Below are positions 27,534 through 40,166 of a DNA stretch of 64,000 bases, piece by piece. Both the position numbers and the translations under genes were made by a program. The stretch's first letter is position 1; every line of letters starts with the position of its first letter. The notes below the pieces were generated by a model, which did no database searches, was not told the DNA's origin, and was given only the letters and a program-made list of their open reading frames with translations. This DNA comes from the human T2T-CHM13v2.0 reference genome, Homo sapiens, in the NCBI RefSeq assembly GCF_009914755.1, contig NC_060927.1. One strand, written 5' to 3'.

Positions 27534-30137
27534 TCACTGCTATCCTTTCATTATGCATGTACAGGGCCTCAAATGCACCATCTCACGTGATACAGGGAAA
27601 CTGAGGCTCAGACAGATGAGGTGGTCCACTCAAGGGCACACAGACTGTCAAAGCAGGTGGACACAGGAGAAAAGGTTTTCTTCCTAAACGCTGTAATTGA
27701 CTCACCTCCAGAGGCAGATTTCCTGGGAGGCTACAGAGGCTTAAACCATTTGTACCTGCTCTTTCTCAGAATGTGCATGTAATTCTGAGTTCTTTCTCTA
27801 AAGGATCCACCTAAAACTAAGTGATTGTAACAGTTAGACCCCACAGACCTGATCAGCCCCAACCACTTCTACACCCCCAGGCCATTTCCCACTCCCTTCT
27901 CCCCTCCATTTGAGAACCTCAAACTCAGGGATGTTGTTATAAATTCAAAATAGGTACCCGAAGACCTCAGCTTCCAGAGTGTCTGCGCTAGTGCTCATTT
28001 GCAATTTCTTCCCTATTCCTGATGATTTAGACACTTGTTATGCAAACAACATCTATAGAGACCCATTCCCTATAATGCTTAAATGCCTCTTTCAAGGCCT
28101 TCTTTACCTTAAAATAAAACCAAATCCTCCTCCCTCTCCCTGGGGCCAGAGCTCAGGGGTCCCAGCCTGGTCTGACTTCAGCAGAGAGCTTCCTGCCCAG
28201 GGCTTGGTGTGTGAGAGGCTCCCCGACTGGTTAGAGGTAAGGGGCAAGCGTCCCGGGCCAAAGGGTCAGGGGTGGCAATCCGAGAGGCTTCTGGGAGGCG
28301 AGCTGAGGGGCAACCGGCACCTGGACAAGAGCACAAAACACATCCACACTCCCCCAGGAGCCTGGGCTAAGCTCAGTGCAGAGCGGTGAGTCTAAGCAGG
28401 CCCCACAGGAGCAGGTGGGAGAGGCCACACATCCACACGAGCCCATAGCCAGAATGTACCCTGCAGAAGCCGTGTCTACGGGCAGGACTTAGCTTTCCTG
28501 TCCAAATAGCATTTGAGGGATAAACATTCGTGACACTTTCTTCTTCCCTCCTTCCCCAGCCAAGTCCTCCGGGCACAGCAAGGCTCTAAGGCCTCCATCC
28601 TGCCATGGTTGGGGGAGGTTTGCGGCTGGGGAGTAGATGGAACCATGGCCAGGGGTGTGGGAGCGGGGCCTGGCACAGAGGAGGTCTGTTTTTCACAAAC
28701 AGGTGTTGAATGAAGCAAAGAGGTGAGAATAGCAAAGTCATGGATGACTAGGAGGCACGTCGGCCTTCCTTAAACAGGACAGGCCCAGAAAGACTGAAGC
28801 TGGTTCATCCAGACAATAGTGAGCCACAGCAGGATCTTGAGCAGAGGAGAGCTGTGATAAAAATAACGTTCCTGAAAGACTGCTTTTGCCATCTAGGAGT
28901 GGTGTGAAAAGTCAAACAGAACGGGAAGGAGAATAACAGGGGTCATGACCAACACTTCCCGAGGGCAGATGGAGTGCCTGGCATGTCCTGACTTCTTGGT
29001 ATCAATCACTGCATTCCTTCCTCAAAGGGTTCCCTTCGAATTGGACATTGCCATTGTCCCCTGGGTGCAGATGAGGGCAGTGACCTGCCTGAGGTCACAG
29101 TGCTGGTGAGGGATGGCAGCAGGACTCCACACCCGGGGGTCTACCCAGGCTGGTACCATCGGCCAGTACGGTGAGCTCTGCCGCCTCCCAGCCACGTGCC
29201 TCTGGGGAGGCCCCTTCACATCTGGGCCTCAGTGTTCCCCCCTGTGCCCTGGGAGTGGTAACTGCCCATCTCGCAGGGTGGTTCTCTCTCACTCCAGGCT
29301 GTGTTCTATCCCCTGCACTGTGGGCAAAGATCACCCTGTGAGAAACCCTCTCATGCCTCATCATTTCAGGAGAAAGGAAAAAAACATCAAAAGATTTCCT
29401 TGAAAGGCCACTTTTCACCAAACCAGCTGACGTTTTGAGTTTTCGGGTTTTCTCCCCTGGGAAAAGTCTGGAAGGAATCATTTTGTGTTGATAAAATCTG
29501 AGAAACCTCCAAGGACTTTAGGATTCACCTTGCATTTCAGTTCTGGATCAAGCAGTCACCTTGACACAAAACCACATCCTGTCCTGGGATGGCCACATGG
29601 CTGGGAATGTTTAATGTGCCAGGCCATGGGAATGTTAGGAGGGATGCTGCTCCCGGCTCTGAGTCTCGTGTCCCCTCCCACTGGCCTCGGACCCTCACCC
29701 ACCTGTCCCCAGAGACCCAGCTGGACAGAGAACTAAATAGGACCTCAGCACCTGCAGCCCGGGCTCCCCCGGGGGCCTTGCTCCCTGCACCAGCCCTGTC
29801 TGGTCAGGCTTTGGGGACCGGCCCAGAGCAGACTTGGCTGGCCTCCCAAGGCCTCCTGCTCCTGGAGGAAGGCATGGACCCTGAAGCAGTGGGCTTCCAA
29901 GCCCTGCCTCCAGACTGTAGAGGCCCTTGGACAAACCCTGTGGGCTCTGTGGACAATCCCAGAGGGCTTGTCAACATGAAGGTTCCATTTGTCAGGCCCC
30001 TGCATGAGGACCCCAACCCCCTGAAGATCTTCATGTTAAGTGCTGCTGGCAACAAAAGTAGGTAGGTCTGGGCCTTGGACAGGCCATCTCTCTCCAAGCC
30101 TCAGTTTCCCCATTTGTCACACATGGGGTGGGTCCAG

Positions 30138-30328
30138 AGTAGTGGTTCTCTGAAAGTGTGGCCTGGGCACCCACAGCATCAGCATCACCTAGGAACCTGT
30201 TAGAAATGCAAATTCTCTGGCTCTACTCAGATCTCCTGAATCAGGAACTCGGAGTGAGCCTGGCCTCTGTGTGAACAGGGAGATTCTGGGGGCTTCTAAG
30301 GCAAGCTAGAGTGCAAACTCCTGCTGCA
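30138..30328 (+). mobile_element. MER5A
   Basis: AGTGGTTCTC..CAGCATCAGCATCACCTAGGAACCTGTTAGAAATGCAAATTCTC..CTGAATCAG. Confidence 0.85.
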
Positions 30329-30799
30329 GATGGTGTCTCAGGATTCCTCGCTATGGAGTCTATGGGTCCTAGGAGAGGCGGCCAAGACACAAGGGCTCGA
30401 ACCATCCTGCTGTACAGAGTCTAACTACACTCACTGAGCCAGAGGCCCGGGTTCCTACCCGCTTCCCCACAGCAGGCTCTGGGTGCTCCTGGGGCAGGTG
30501 GCGCCCAGCCTCAGACCCTGGAATCTGAATCTTGTGCACACAGAAGTAAGAAGCAGGTGAGGGGACTGGGGGCTGTGCGGCAACCAGATAATACTGGGAG
30601 CGCAGCCACTGCGGTGCAGGTGCCCATGCCTGATGACCCCGGAAAGGCTTTGTCCTCTGGGTCAGCAAGAGGCTGCACTGCCCCGGGAGTCCACATTGGC
30701 TGCAGACCAAACTCACGTGGCCAGCTGGAAGCCTTCATCCCACTGGAGACTATACAGCCACCTGCCTCCTGAGCTCACCTTTAGGACACTGAGCAGGCA

Positions 30800-31500
30800 T
30801 TTTGCACTCAGCCTGGCCCAGCTGACCCCCATGGCCTCCCCATCTCAGCGGGGGCTCCTCCACCCGTCCCAGCGCTCAGGCAAAACACTGGGCTGTCATG
30901 TCGCTCTGTATCTTCCACACCCTGCTGTCAGCCCCCAGAAGGCCTGAGGCACCCCTTCCAGAATCAGCCCTTTCCCAACCCTCTCCTGCCCTGCCTGGGC
31001 CAGGCCACCAGCAGCACTCCCTCTAACAGTAGCAGGTGTGTCCTCGTGGGTCCCCAGCTCCATGTCACCCCCATGTCTGCCCTGCACACACAGCCAGATT
31101 TTCAGGAGATGGACAAGCTCACAGCCCCCTCAGAGCTGCCCTCGCTGGCACGTCAAGCCAGCATCACCTGGGCTGGAGCCCACTGGTGGTCTTTCTGCTC
31201 CCCCCCCCCACCTCCTCCCACCACTGTCTCTCTCGCCCCCACTCCAGCCACCAGTCCTCCCGGTGTTTCTCACACACAAGGCCACTCCTGCCGCAGGGCC
31301 CTGGCTCCTGCTGGTCCCTCCTCCTGGCATGCGCTGCCCCAGGCACACAGCATCGTCCCTTCCCTCAGATCTTGGCTCATATGTCACCTTCTCAGCAAGG
31401 TCATCCCTGACCACCTGCCTCACACATACCCAGACCCACCAGGGTGGACTACCCTTCCCTCTCTCACCAGATGGATCCCTGGAAGTCTCTGTCTGCACGT
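30800..31500 (+). mobile_element. Degenerate L2
   Basis: GGCTCATATGTCACCTTCTCAGCAAGGTCATCCCTGACCACC. Confidence 0.55.
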
Positions 31501-31869
31501 GACAGCTACTCCAACCACTGCTGAGCTTCCAGGAGCTTCCCGTGATGGCAAGGTACCAGCTGTGTGCCGAGTACCAGCTGTGTGACTCTAGAGAGGTTAC
31601 TTCACCTCTCTGGGCCCATGTTTCCTCATTTGTAAAATGCACCTCCACTCTAGGTGGTTATGGAGATTAAGGGACTATACCTGCCTGGAACAAAGCAAAT
31701 GCCCAATTAGCTATGATGAGTGACATCATTCCCTGCTATGGGCCCAAGTTTCCTGGGCTGCAGTCAGGAGGCCGGCTGTAGTTCACCTCCCCCTGCTCTG
31801 TGTGACTGAGGGCAAGAAAGGGCATCCTACAGTTGAAGAACACAGGATCGCCCGGAAGCACGCTGAGTC

Positions 31870-32737
31870 CCTCAATGGCTCTAAAGCACATCCCCAAAGC
31901 CTGCCACACTCCTCCTTTCAACCAGTGGGACTGGATTCCCTTTGTGAATATGGGCTGGACTTAATGATTTGCTTCTTGTCTCAATCCATCTGGGTTGCTA
32001 TAACAAAAATGCCATACGCTGGCTGGCTTATAAACAGGATAAATTTATTCCTCGACGTTTGAGAGGCTGGGTAGTCCAAGATGAAGGCTCCCCTAGATTC
32101 GGGATCTGGCGAGGGCCACTTGTCCGGTTCACAGATGGCACTTTGGTGCTGTCCTCATATGGTGGAAGAGGCAGCTGGCTCTCCAAACAGGAGGCTGGCT
32201 CACCTCTCGGGTCCTTTATAAGGACACAAATCCCAGTCCCAAGGGCTCTGCCCCTGTGACCTAAGTACCTCCCCAAACTTCCTACCACCATCACCTGGGT
32301 AATTAGCTTGCAATTTACGAATGCTGGGGGCACACAAGCACCCAGACACTTCTGATGAGCAGAAGGGGGCAGACGTGACAATGGGCGATTTCTGTGGTTG
32401 GGTCATGATAGACATTGCCATTCTGTCTTGCTCTCTGTGATTGCTCGCTCTGGGGACACTCAAGCAACCTATGGAGAGCTCCACGTTGCTCTCCTGGAGC
32501 AACTCAGGAGGAACTGAGGCCTCCTGCCAAAAGCCATGTGGCTGAGACAGGTCAGAATCAGATCCCCCGACTCCAGTCAAGTCTTCAGATGACTATAGCC
32601 CCCACCCTGAACTTGCCTCAACCTCAGGAGAGACTCAGCCAGAACAACGTCAGAACTGGAGGATAACAAGTGTTCATTAAGGTTTGAAGCCAGACGGTTC
32701 GGGGGTCTTTAGTAATATAGCAGAAAACTGCTACTAG
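31870..32737 (+). mobile_element. MLT1F-like LTR, host of a nested MLT1A0
   Basis: TGAATATGGGCTGGACTT before the insert; GAGGAACTGAGGCCTCCTGCCAA and CCAGTCAAGTCTTCAGATGACT after it. Confidence 0.75.
31977..32348 (-). mobile_element. MLT1A0-like solo LTR
   Basis: TG..CA termini; 5-bp TSD CTTCT at 31972-31976 and 32349-32353. Confidence 0.85.
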
Positions 32738-33204
32738 AGTCCTCCCCTCTTTGACTCTCCAGACCCCATGAGAGACACCTTCTTCCACCCTTACCCCTAG
32801 CCTGACCCTTGGGAGCCTCTGCTCCACCCCATTTTGTGACAGCACAGAAAACCATGGTCTCTCTCTCACCAACCAGTAAAGCAGTCGGGAACACATTCTA
32901 AACACAGATCATCAGTTCCCCCTCCTGAAGCAAGCTCAAAACAAGCCCCAGGTCCCAGGGTGCAGCCCTCTCAGCAGGGCACCATGACCCCAGGCTTTGA
33001 GAGACCAGCCGGCATCTTGAAGCACCCAGATGCATGTGGACACCACACCAAAGCACAGAGCTGGCAAGGGACGACCGGAAACCCAGGGCACCTGCCTGCC
33101 GGGAACAGGCGAGGTCCGTGCATTTAGGCCAGCTTTTAAATGCGTCCGTGAGCTGCCACAAAACTAAGAAAATAGCGAGGAAGAACCAAAAAACCATCAG
33201 CTCG

Positions 33205-33600
33205 GTACAGATAGGGAAATCTGTTGTATCTATACAATGGAATACTGTTCACTCATAAAAAGGAATGAAGTACTGATACGTACAAACATCACATCTGGAT
33301 AAAGAAGCCAGGTACAACAGGTACATACTGCATTGATTCCATTGACATGAAATGTCCCAAACAGGTGAAACTATAGAGACAGGCAGTGGATTAGTGGATG
33401 TCAGGGGCTGGGGAGAGGGAACAGGAGTGACTGCTAATATGTGGAGAGTTGGTTTTTGGGCTGATGCGAATGTTCTGGAATTAGACAATGGCGAGGGGTG
33501 TACAAGTCTGCGGATACACTAGTAACCACTGGATTACACACTTTAAAAGGGCCAAGTGACAGTTTGTGAATTACATCTCAACAAAGCTCTTAAAACAACA
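33205..33600 (+). mobile_element. L1MB (MB7/8-like) 3' end
   Basis: CAATGGAATAC..AAAAAGGAATGAAGTACTGATAC..AATGTTCTGGAATTAGA..GTGAATTACATCTCAACAAAG. Confidence 0.85.
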
Positions 33601-34537
33601 AAATGGACCAGTGGTCCCTGACAAGGAAGGAGCTCTAATAGGAGGCCCTGCTCAGAGCTGGGACCCCAGGAGCTGGGCCTACAGCAAGAATTCCTGCCCT
33701 GCCACCCCCACCCCATCCCCATGCTGGGTAGAGAGAAAAGCAATGGCTTCCCCTGAGAGTGCACAACTGCCCAGAAAAGGGACAGGCCAGGCGCAGCACA
33801 GAGCAGGGCAGGAATAATTCCCACAGTGGGCACTCCTGCGAACCTCATCTCCTTTGTGATGATTTACCCCGGGACACCAGCCTGAGCCAGCCAGCAGGGC
33901 CACAGCAGGCAGCCACATGGGGCTTCACCCCCCATGCCCCACCATCCCTGTGGACAGAGGTGTCTGGGTCTCAATCCTGGATCTTTTTGTGTGGCCCCTG
34001 GGGGAGGTGAGAGGGGAACTCCACTGCTGTGCTGATGTGGGTCCCCCGCCGGGCCTCCTGCTAACAGAACAGTTGTTGCTGTTCACGGCCACCCACACTG
34101 CCTGTCCTGCTGTTGGTCCCTCTGCTGTCCACATGCACAACCTCACAAATGGCCATGCTGCAAGTCCCAGGGTCGATGCAGAGCCAGCCACTGGACCTCT
34201 CAGCCCGGGAAGGCAGGGGCCTGCAGGGGCTACACAGCCACTCTTGGAGGATACCAACAGCTGACACTAGAGGGTACAGATGGAACTCCCATAAGAAAAG
34301 AAGCCCCCTGCATCCCCTAGGCCTGGGGCTGGGTGGGGAGAAAGCCACAGCAACATCCCTGAACAGCTAGGCTCAGCCACACTGGCAACAGCCATGCTGC
34401 CAAAACACCCTGAACACACTGAGATACCTGTTCTCTTGCATTTGTTCTCCATGGGTCACAAGTCGTGAGGAAACACACCAAATACCAGAGAATGATGAGA
34501 CTCCCAGACTACCCGAGTCCCGGGCAGTCTCTGTCCT

Positions 34538-34740
34538 GCATTCATTCCTTCTTCCTTTCAACAAATATTTCAGCAACTACTGTGCCCACTGCTGTGCCAA
34601 GTGCTGGAGATTCACTGGTGGCCAGATAGACACAAGAGCCTGCTGTGACGGAGCTGATCTTTTGGGGTCAAAGTCAATCAGCAAATGAGCAAATAAAGAG
34701 GCAATTTCAGACACTGGGAAGTGCTAGAAGCCAGGTCAGG
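34538..34740 (-). mobile_element. L2 3' end
   Basis: CATTCATTC..CAACAAATATTT..GTGCCAAGTGCTGGAGAT. Confidence 0.75.
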
Positions 34741-34776
34741 GGTGTGGTCAAGAGTGAGGATGGGGCTCTCAGCCCA

Positions 34777-34980
34777 GTGCCTTAGTGCCTTCAGGCTGCT
34801 GTTACAAAGCACCATAGACTAGGTGGCTTATGAACCACAGAAAGTTATTTTGCTCCTAGCTGCAGGGGCTGGAAGTCTGAGATCAGGTGCCCTTACAAGG
34901 GCCCTCTTCTGGGTTGCACCCTTCTCAGCTTCCCCTTGTCCCCTCACATGGCAGAGAGCAGTAAGCCCCCTGGGGCTCTG
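34777..34980 (-). mobile_element. MLT1A/B LTR fragment
   Basis: CAGGCTGCTGTTACAAAGCACCATAGACTAGGTGGCTTA..GGCTGGAAGTCTGAGATCAGG. Confidence 0.75.
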
Positions 34981-35172
34981 TTCTCATCAGAGATCTCAGG
35001 TGGCAGGCAACCTATGCACTCAAAATCTAAAGAAGGCCTCTGAAAAGAAAGCAAACATGAGCACTAACCTACTCCAAATACTGGAAAAAGTAACGGCTGA
35101 GAATCTGCTAAAATTAATGACATTCCCAAACTACAAATCCAAGAAGGCATAAGACATCAAGCAGATTAAATA

Positions 35173-35618
35173 TGAAACCAATCCAACAGTCCCATAGACT
35201 GTTCTTTTTTATAAACATAGAAACTGACCCTCTGGTCTTAAAGCTTGAACCTTACATTTGTTTTATCTGAATTCCTTCCTCAGGAAACACCTTCGGTCAT
35301 CCCAAAAAAGTATCAAAGAACTGAAATTCACCAGATCACCACATCCAGACAGTGAGATGCAGGACCCCTTATTCATCATGATGGCTTCCTTGCCCCTCCC
35401 TAGTTCCTGTTTCTTATATATTGTTACATTTCCTCCCTGCTACATAAACCCCTAGTTTTAGTCAGTTAGGGAGATGGATTTGAAACTGAGCTCCCATCTC
35501 CTTGGCTGCAGAGCCTGATTAAAGCCTTCTTCCTTTGCAATACTCAATAGTCTCAGTTGTTGGCTCTCTGTGAGGTGAGCAGCAGGACCTAGACCAAACC
35601 CCTGGTGTTTCAGTAACA
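35173..35618 (+). mobile_element. Solo LTR (LTR47-like)
   Basis: TGAAACC..GTAACA termini, ATTAAA poly(A) signal at ~35518, TSD AATA at 35169-35172 and 35619-35622; family name from memory. Confidence 0.75.
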
Positions 35619-35941
35619 AATACAAAACAAAAACAGCAGAAGCCCTGGCATACCACATTCAACCTGCTGGAAGACAAAACCAAACAAAACATTCAAGGCA
35701 GCCAGAATAAAAAGAGACATTAACTATAGAAAAACAAAAGATGAGAATTACAGCAGATTACTCATAAAAATTATGCAATCCAAAAGACAATGGAATGACC
35801 ATGGAATGAAAACTGTCAACCCACAAGCCTATACCTCGTGGAAATATCATCACCCATAGACATCACACAGTGATAAAGGGGCCAATTCTCCAAGAAGACA
35901 CAACAATCCTAAATGTGTGTGCACTTAACAGAGCTTCAAAA

Positions 35942-37340
35942 TGAGAGGTGACAGCGTGCTGGCAGTCCTCACAGCCCTCGCTCGCTCTCGGCGCCTCCTC
36001 TGCCTGGGCTCCCACTTTGGTGGCACTTGAGGAGCCCTTCAGCCTGCCACGGCACTGTGGGAGCCCCTTTCTGGGCTGGCCAAGGCCGGAGCCGGCTCCC
36101 TCAGCTTGCAGGGAGGTGTGGAGGGAGAGGTGCGGGCGGGAACCGGGGCTATGCACGGTGCTTGCGGGCCAGCGCGAGTTCCGGGTGGGCATGGGCTCGG
36201 CGGGCCCTGCACTCAGAACGGCTGGCTGGCCCCGCCGGCCCCGGGCAGTGAGGGGTTTAGCACCTGGGCCAGCAGCTGCTGTGCTCAATTTCTCGCTGGG
36301 CCTTAGCTGCCTTCCCGTGGGGCAGGGCTCAGGACCTGCAGCCCACCATGCCTGAGCCTCCCCCACCCCCTCTCCGTGGGCTCCTGTGAGGCCTGAGCCT
36401 CCCCGACGAGCACCGCACCCTGCTCCACGGCGCCCAGTCCCATCCACCACCCAAGGGCTGAGGAGTGCAGGTGCATGCGGGACTGGCAGGCAGCTCCACC
36501 TGCCGCCCCAGTGCGGATCCACTGGGTGAAGCCTGCTGGGCTCCTGAGTCTGGTGGGGACTTGGAGAACCTTTATGTCTAGCTAAGGGATTGTAAATACA
36601 CCAATTGGCACTCTGTATCTAGCTCAAGGTTTGTAAACACACCAATCAGCACCCTGTGTCTAGCTCAGGGTTTGTGAATGCACCAATGGACACTCTGTAT
36701 CTAACTACTCTGGTGGGGACTTGGAGAACCTTTGTGTCCACACTCTGTATCTAGCTAATCTAGTGGGGACGTGGAAAACCTTTGTGTCTAGCTCACGGAT
36801 TATAAATACACCAATCAGCGCCCTGTCAAAACAGTCCACTCGGCTCTCTGTAAAACAGACCAATCAACAGGATGTGGGTGGGGCCAGATAAGAGAATAAA
36901 AGCAGGCTGCCCGAGCCAGCAGTGGCAACCCGCTGGGGTCCCCTTCCACACTGTGGAAGCTTTGTTCTTTTGCTCTTTGCAATAAATCTTGCTGCTGCTC
37001 ACTCTTTGGGTCCACACTGCCTTTATGAGCTGTAACACTCACTGCGAAGGTCTGCAGCTTCACTCCTGAAGCCAGCGAGCCCACGAGCCCACCGGGAGGA
37101 ACGAACAACTCCAGACGTGCCGCCTTAAGAGCTGTAACACTCATCGCAAAGGTCTGAAGCTTCACTCCTGAGCCAGCGAGACCACGAACCCACCAGAAGG
37201 AAGAAACTCCGAACACATTCGAACATCAGAAGGAACAAACTCCGGACATGCCACCTTTAAGACCTGTAACACTCACCACGAGGGTCCGCGGCTTCATTCT
37301 TGAAGTCAGTGAGACCAAGAACCCACCAATTCCGGACACA
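35942..37340 (+). mobile_element. LTR12C (ERV9/HERV9 solo LTR), full length, 1399 bp
   Basis: TGAGAGGTGACAGCGTGCTGGCAG start, CCAATTCCGGACACA end; U3 ~40-bp repeats, U5 repeats, TSD AAAA. Confidence 0.96.
36560..36990 (+). promoter_or_regulatory. LTR12C U3 enhancer/promoter
   Basis: CCAAT at 36601, 36642, 36683, 36811, 36860; AGATAA 36886; TATA-like AATAAA 36895; poly(A) signal AATAAA 36981. Confidence 0.75.
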
Positions 37341-37355
37341 AAAATATATGAAGCA

Positions 37356-37652
37356 GGCTGGGCGCGGTGGCTCATGCCTGTAATCCTAACACTTTGGGAG
37401 GCTGAGGCGGGCGGATCATGAGGTCAGGAGATTCAGACCATCGTGGCTAACGCGGTGAAACCCCGTCTCTACTAAAAACACAAAAAATTAGCCGGGCGTG
37501 GTGGCGGGCGCCTGTAGTCCCAGCGACTCAGGAGGCTGAGGCAGGAGAATGGCGCAAACTCGGGAGGTGGAGCTTGCAGTGAGCCAAGATCACGCCACTG
37601 CACTCCAGACTGGGCGACAGAGCGAGACTCCGTCTCAAAAAAACAAACAAAC
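37356..37652 (+). mobile_element. AluY
   Basis: GGAGAATGGCG..GGAGCTTGCAGTGAG; 15-bp TSD AAAATATATGAAGCA at 37341-37355 and 37653-37667. Confidence 0.96.
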
Positions 37653-37845
37653 AAAATATATGAAGCAAAAACTAGGACTGAAAGAAGAAATAAATCTACA
37701 AGTATGGCGACTTCAATAATTCCTTCTCAGTAATTGATGGAATAGAGAGAAAATCAGCAAAAATATAAAATACCTAAACAACACTGCCAACCAACATGAC
37801 CTACAGACATATACAGAATACTCCACATGACACCAGAATATACAC

Positions 37846-38795
37846 CCACCCACCCACTGATGCATGCATCCATACATCCCACAAACTACTGGGCATCTAT
37901 TACAGGCCAGGCACTATACTAAGCAGAGATGTTTCAAGCCCATCAGTGAGTTTACAGTCTAGCCAGGTAGACAGACTTGTAGACAGATCATTTCTCCTAC
38001 AGCATGGCTGGTGCCATGACACAGATGGAGGCAGAGAGAACAGCAGGGCCACAAAGGAGGAGGAAACCCAAATACCCAGCACCTAGCCCAGCAAAAGCCC
38101 TCAGCATATATCTGATGAATGAATTTGTTTTTTCTTTTGGATATGTTTTGAGTGACTTTAAAATGAAATCTATAATGGAATATTTTAAAATTATTTTTGA
38201 ATATGTTTAAACATATTTTATTTAACTTGTTCATTGTCCATTTCCACCACCAGAATGTGACTTCCCCAAGAGCAGTGACTGCTCCTGTCTAGTTCACTGC
38301 TGTGCCCCAGGACCTACAGTGATGGCCAGTAAGCAGTAGGTGCTCAATAAACATTTATATGTTTAGTGAATGTATTTCTCTCTAAGTCCCATGACTTTGC
38401 CTATCATTTTCAGCCATTCTTGTTGCCTTGGAACTTATCAACCACTCATGGTCTGCAGAGCTACCTTTCAGAGATTTTGTAGGACTTACATTGGAATCCC
38501 CTCTAGTTCTCCCTCCTTCCATGCCATCATGGGCATGTATTGGCTTTGTTTGCCCAGCATCCATTCCCCATTTTCTGGTATCTATATCTGACAATTTGCT
38601 TTTGGCAAACCATCAGTCTGATGCTCCCATCTGTGAGCATCATCTGGGATTGAGCCTACTTCTCTGTTCAATGGGTGGACATGTAATTAATCCATTCTGG
38701 GCAATCACAGCCCCATACTCATGAGCCACAATGACTTGTCCAAGGATAATAATAATATTCATGGTAAAAATATTGTGTGTCAGGCACTGTTCTAA
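37846..38795 (+). repeat. Derived copy of local duplication (paralog of 43460-44795)
   Basis: Exact shared blocks: 38041-38060=43674-43693, 38081-38106=43710-43735, 38271-38303=43913-43945, 38334-38359=43976-44001. Confidence 0.9.
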
Positions 38796-38799
38796 TGGG

Positions 38800-38955
38800 T
38801 AAAAGGATTGCTACATCGATAGATGATGGCTATATGGATTATACCAGTGGATAAACGGGTGGCAATGGATAGATGAGTGGATGCATATAAAGATAAGTGG
38901 TGGATAATGAGTGGATAGATGGCTAGAGAGATGGGTGGGTGAATGGAAACCTAGG
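38800..38955. repeat. Degenerate (GGAT)n-like tract
   Basis: TGGATAGATGAGTGGATG..GATGGGTGGGTGAATGG. Confidence 0.7.
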
Positions 38956-39236
38956 TGGAATATTCACCAACCAAGACCACATTCTGGGACAAAAAACAAA
39001 CCTTAATAAATTTAAGAGAACTAGAAATTAGATAATCACTTCTAAATCTCCCCAGGTCAAAGAGGAAATCGCAAGGGAAATTCAAAAATATTTTGAATTA
39101 AATGAAAATATAACATATCAAAATATGTGAGCTGCAGCTAAAGCAGTACCTGAAAGAAATATTTATAGCATTAAATGATTTTATGAGAAAATAAGATCTC
39201 AAATAAAGATTCCACCCAAAGAAATTAGAAAAAGTA

Positions 39237-39603
<367 letters not shown>

Positions 39604-39636
39604 TTAAATCCAAAGCAAGTAGAAAGGAGTAAATCA

Positions 39637-39961
<325 letters not shown>

Positions 39962-40007
39962 TTAGGCTAAATTGGAAGAAGTCAGTAAAATTGAGTACCC
40001 TCTAGAC

Positions 40008-40166
40008 CAAGGGACAGCAAACTTTTTCTGTAAAGAGCTAGAAAGTAAATATTTTAATATTTAATGCAATTCTTGTGTTTTGTTTGTTTGTTTGGTTGGT
40101 TGTTAAACACTTGAAAACTGGACCCTTGCTTGGATTTACCTGCAGGCTATAGTTTGCTGACCCATG
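40008..40166 (+). mobile_element. MER58A-like hAT MITE
   Basis: TIRs CAAGGGACAGCAAACT / AGTTTGCTGACCCATG (14/16); perfect 8-bp TSD CTCTAGAC at 40000-40007 and 40167-40174. Confidence 0.9.

Noticed and set aside
31553-31584. 14-bp direct repeat GTACCAGCTGTGTG
   Set aside because: Small slippage duplication at a MIR edge with no further structure.
35863-36522. 219-aa minus-strand ORF
   Set aside because: Lies in the GC-rich LTR12C U3; a repeat-derived ORF.
36560-37300. Repeat arrays resembling CRISPR
   Set aside because: These are the normal LTR12 U3/U5 tandem repeats; no unique spacers, no cas genes, eukaryotic context.
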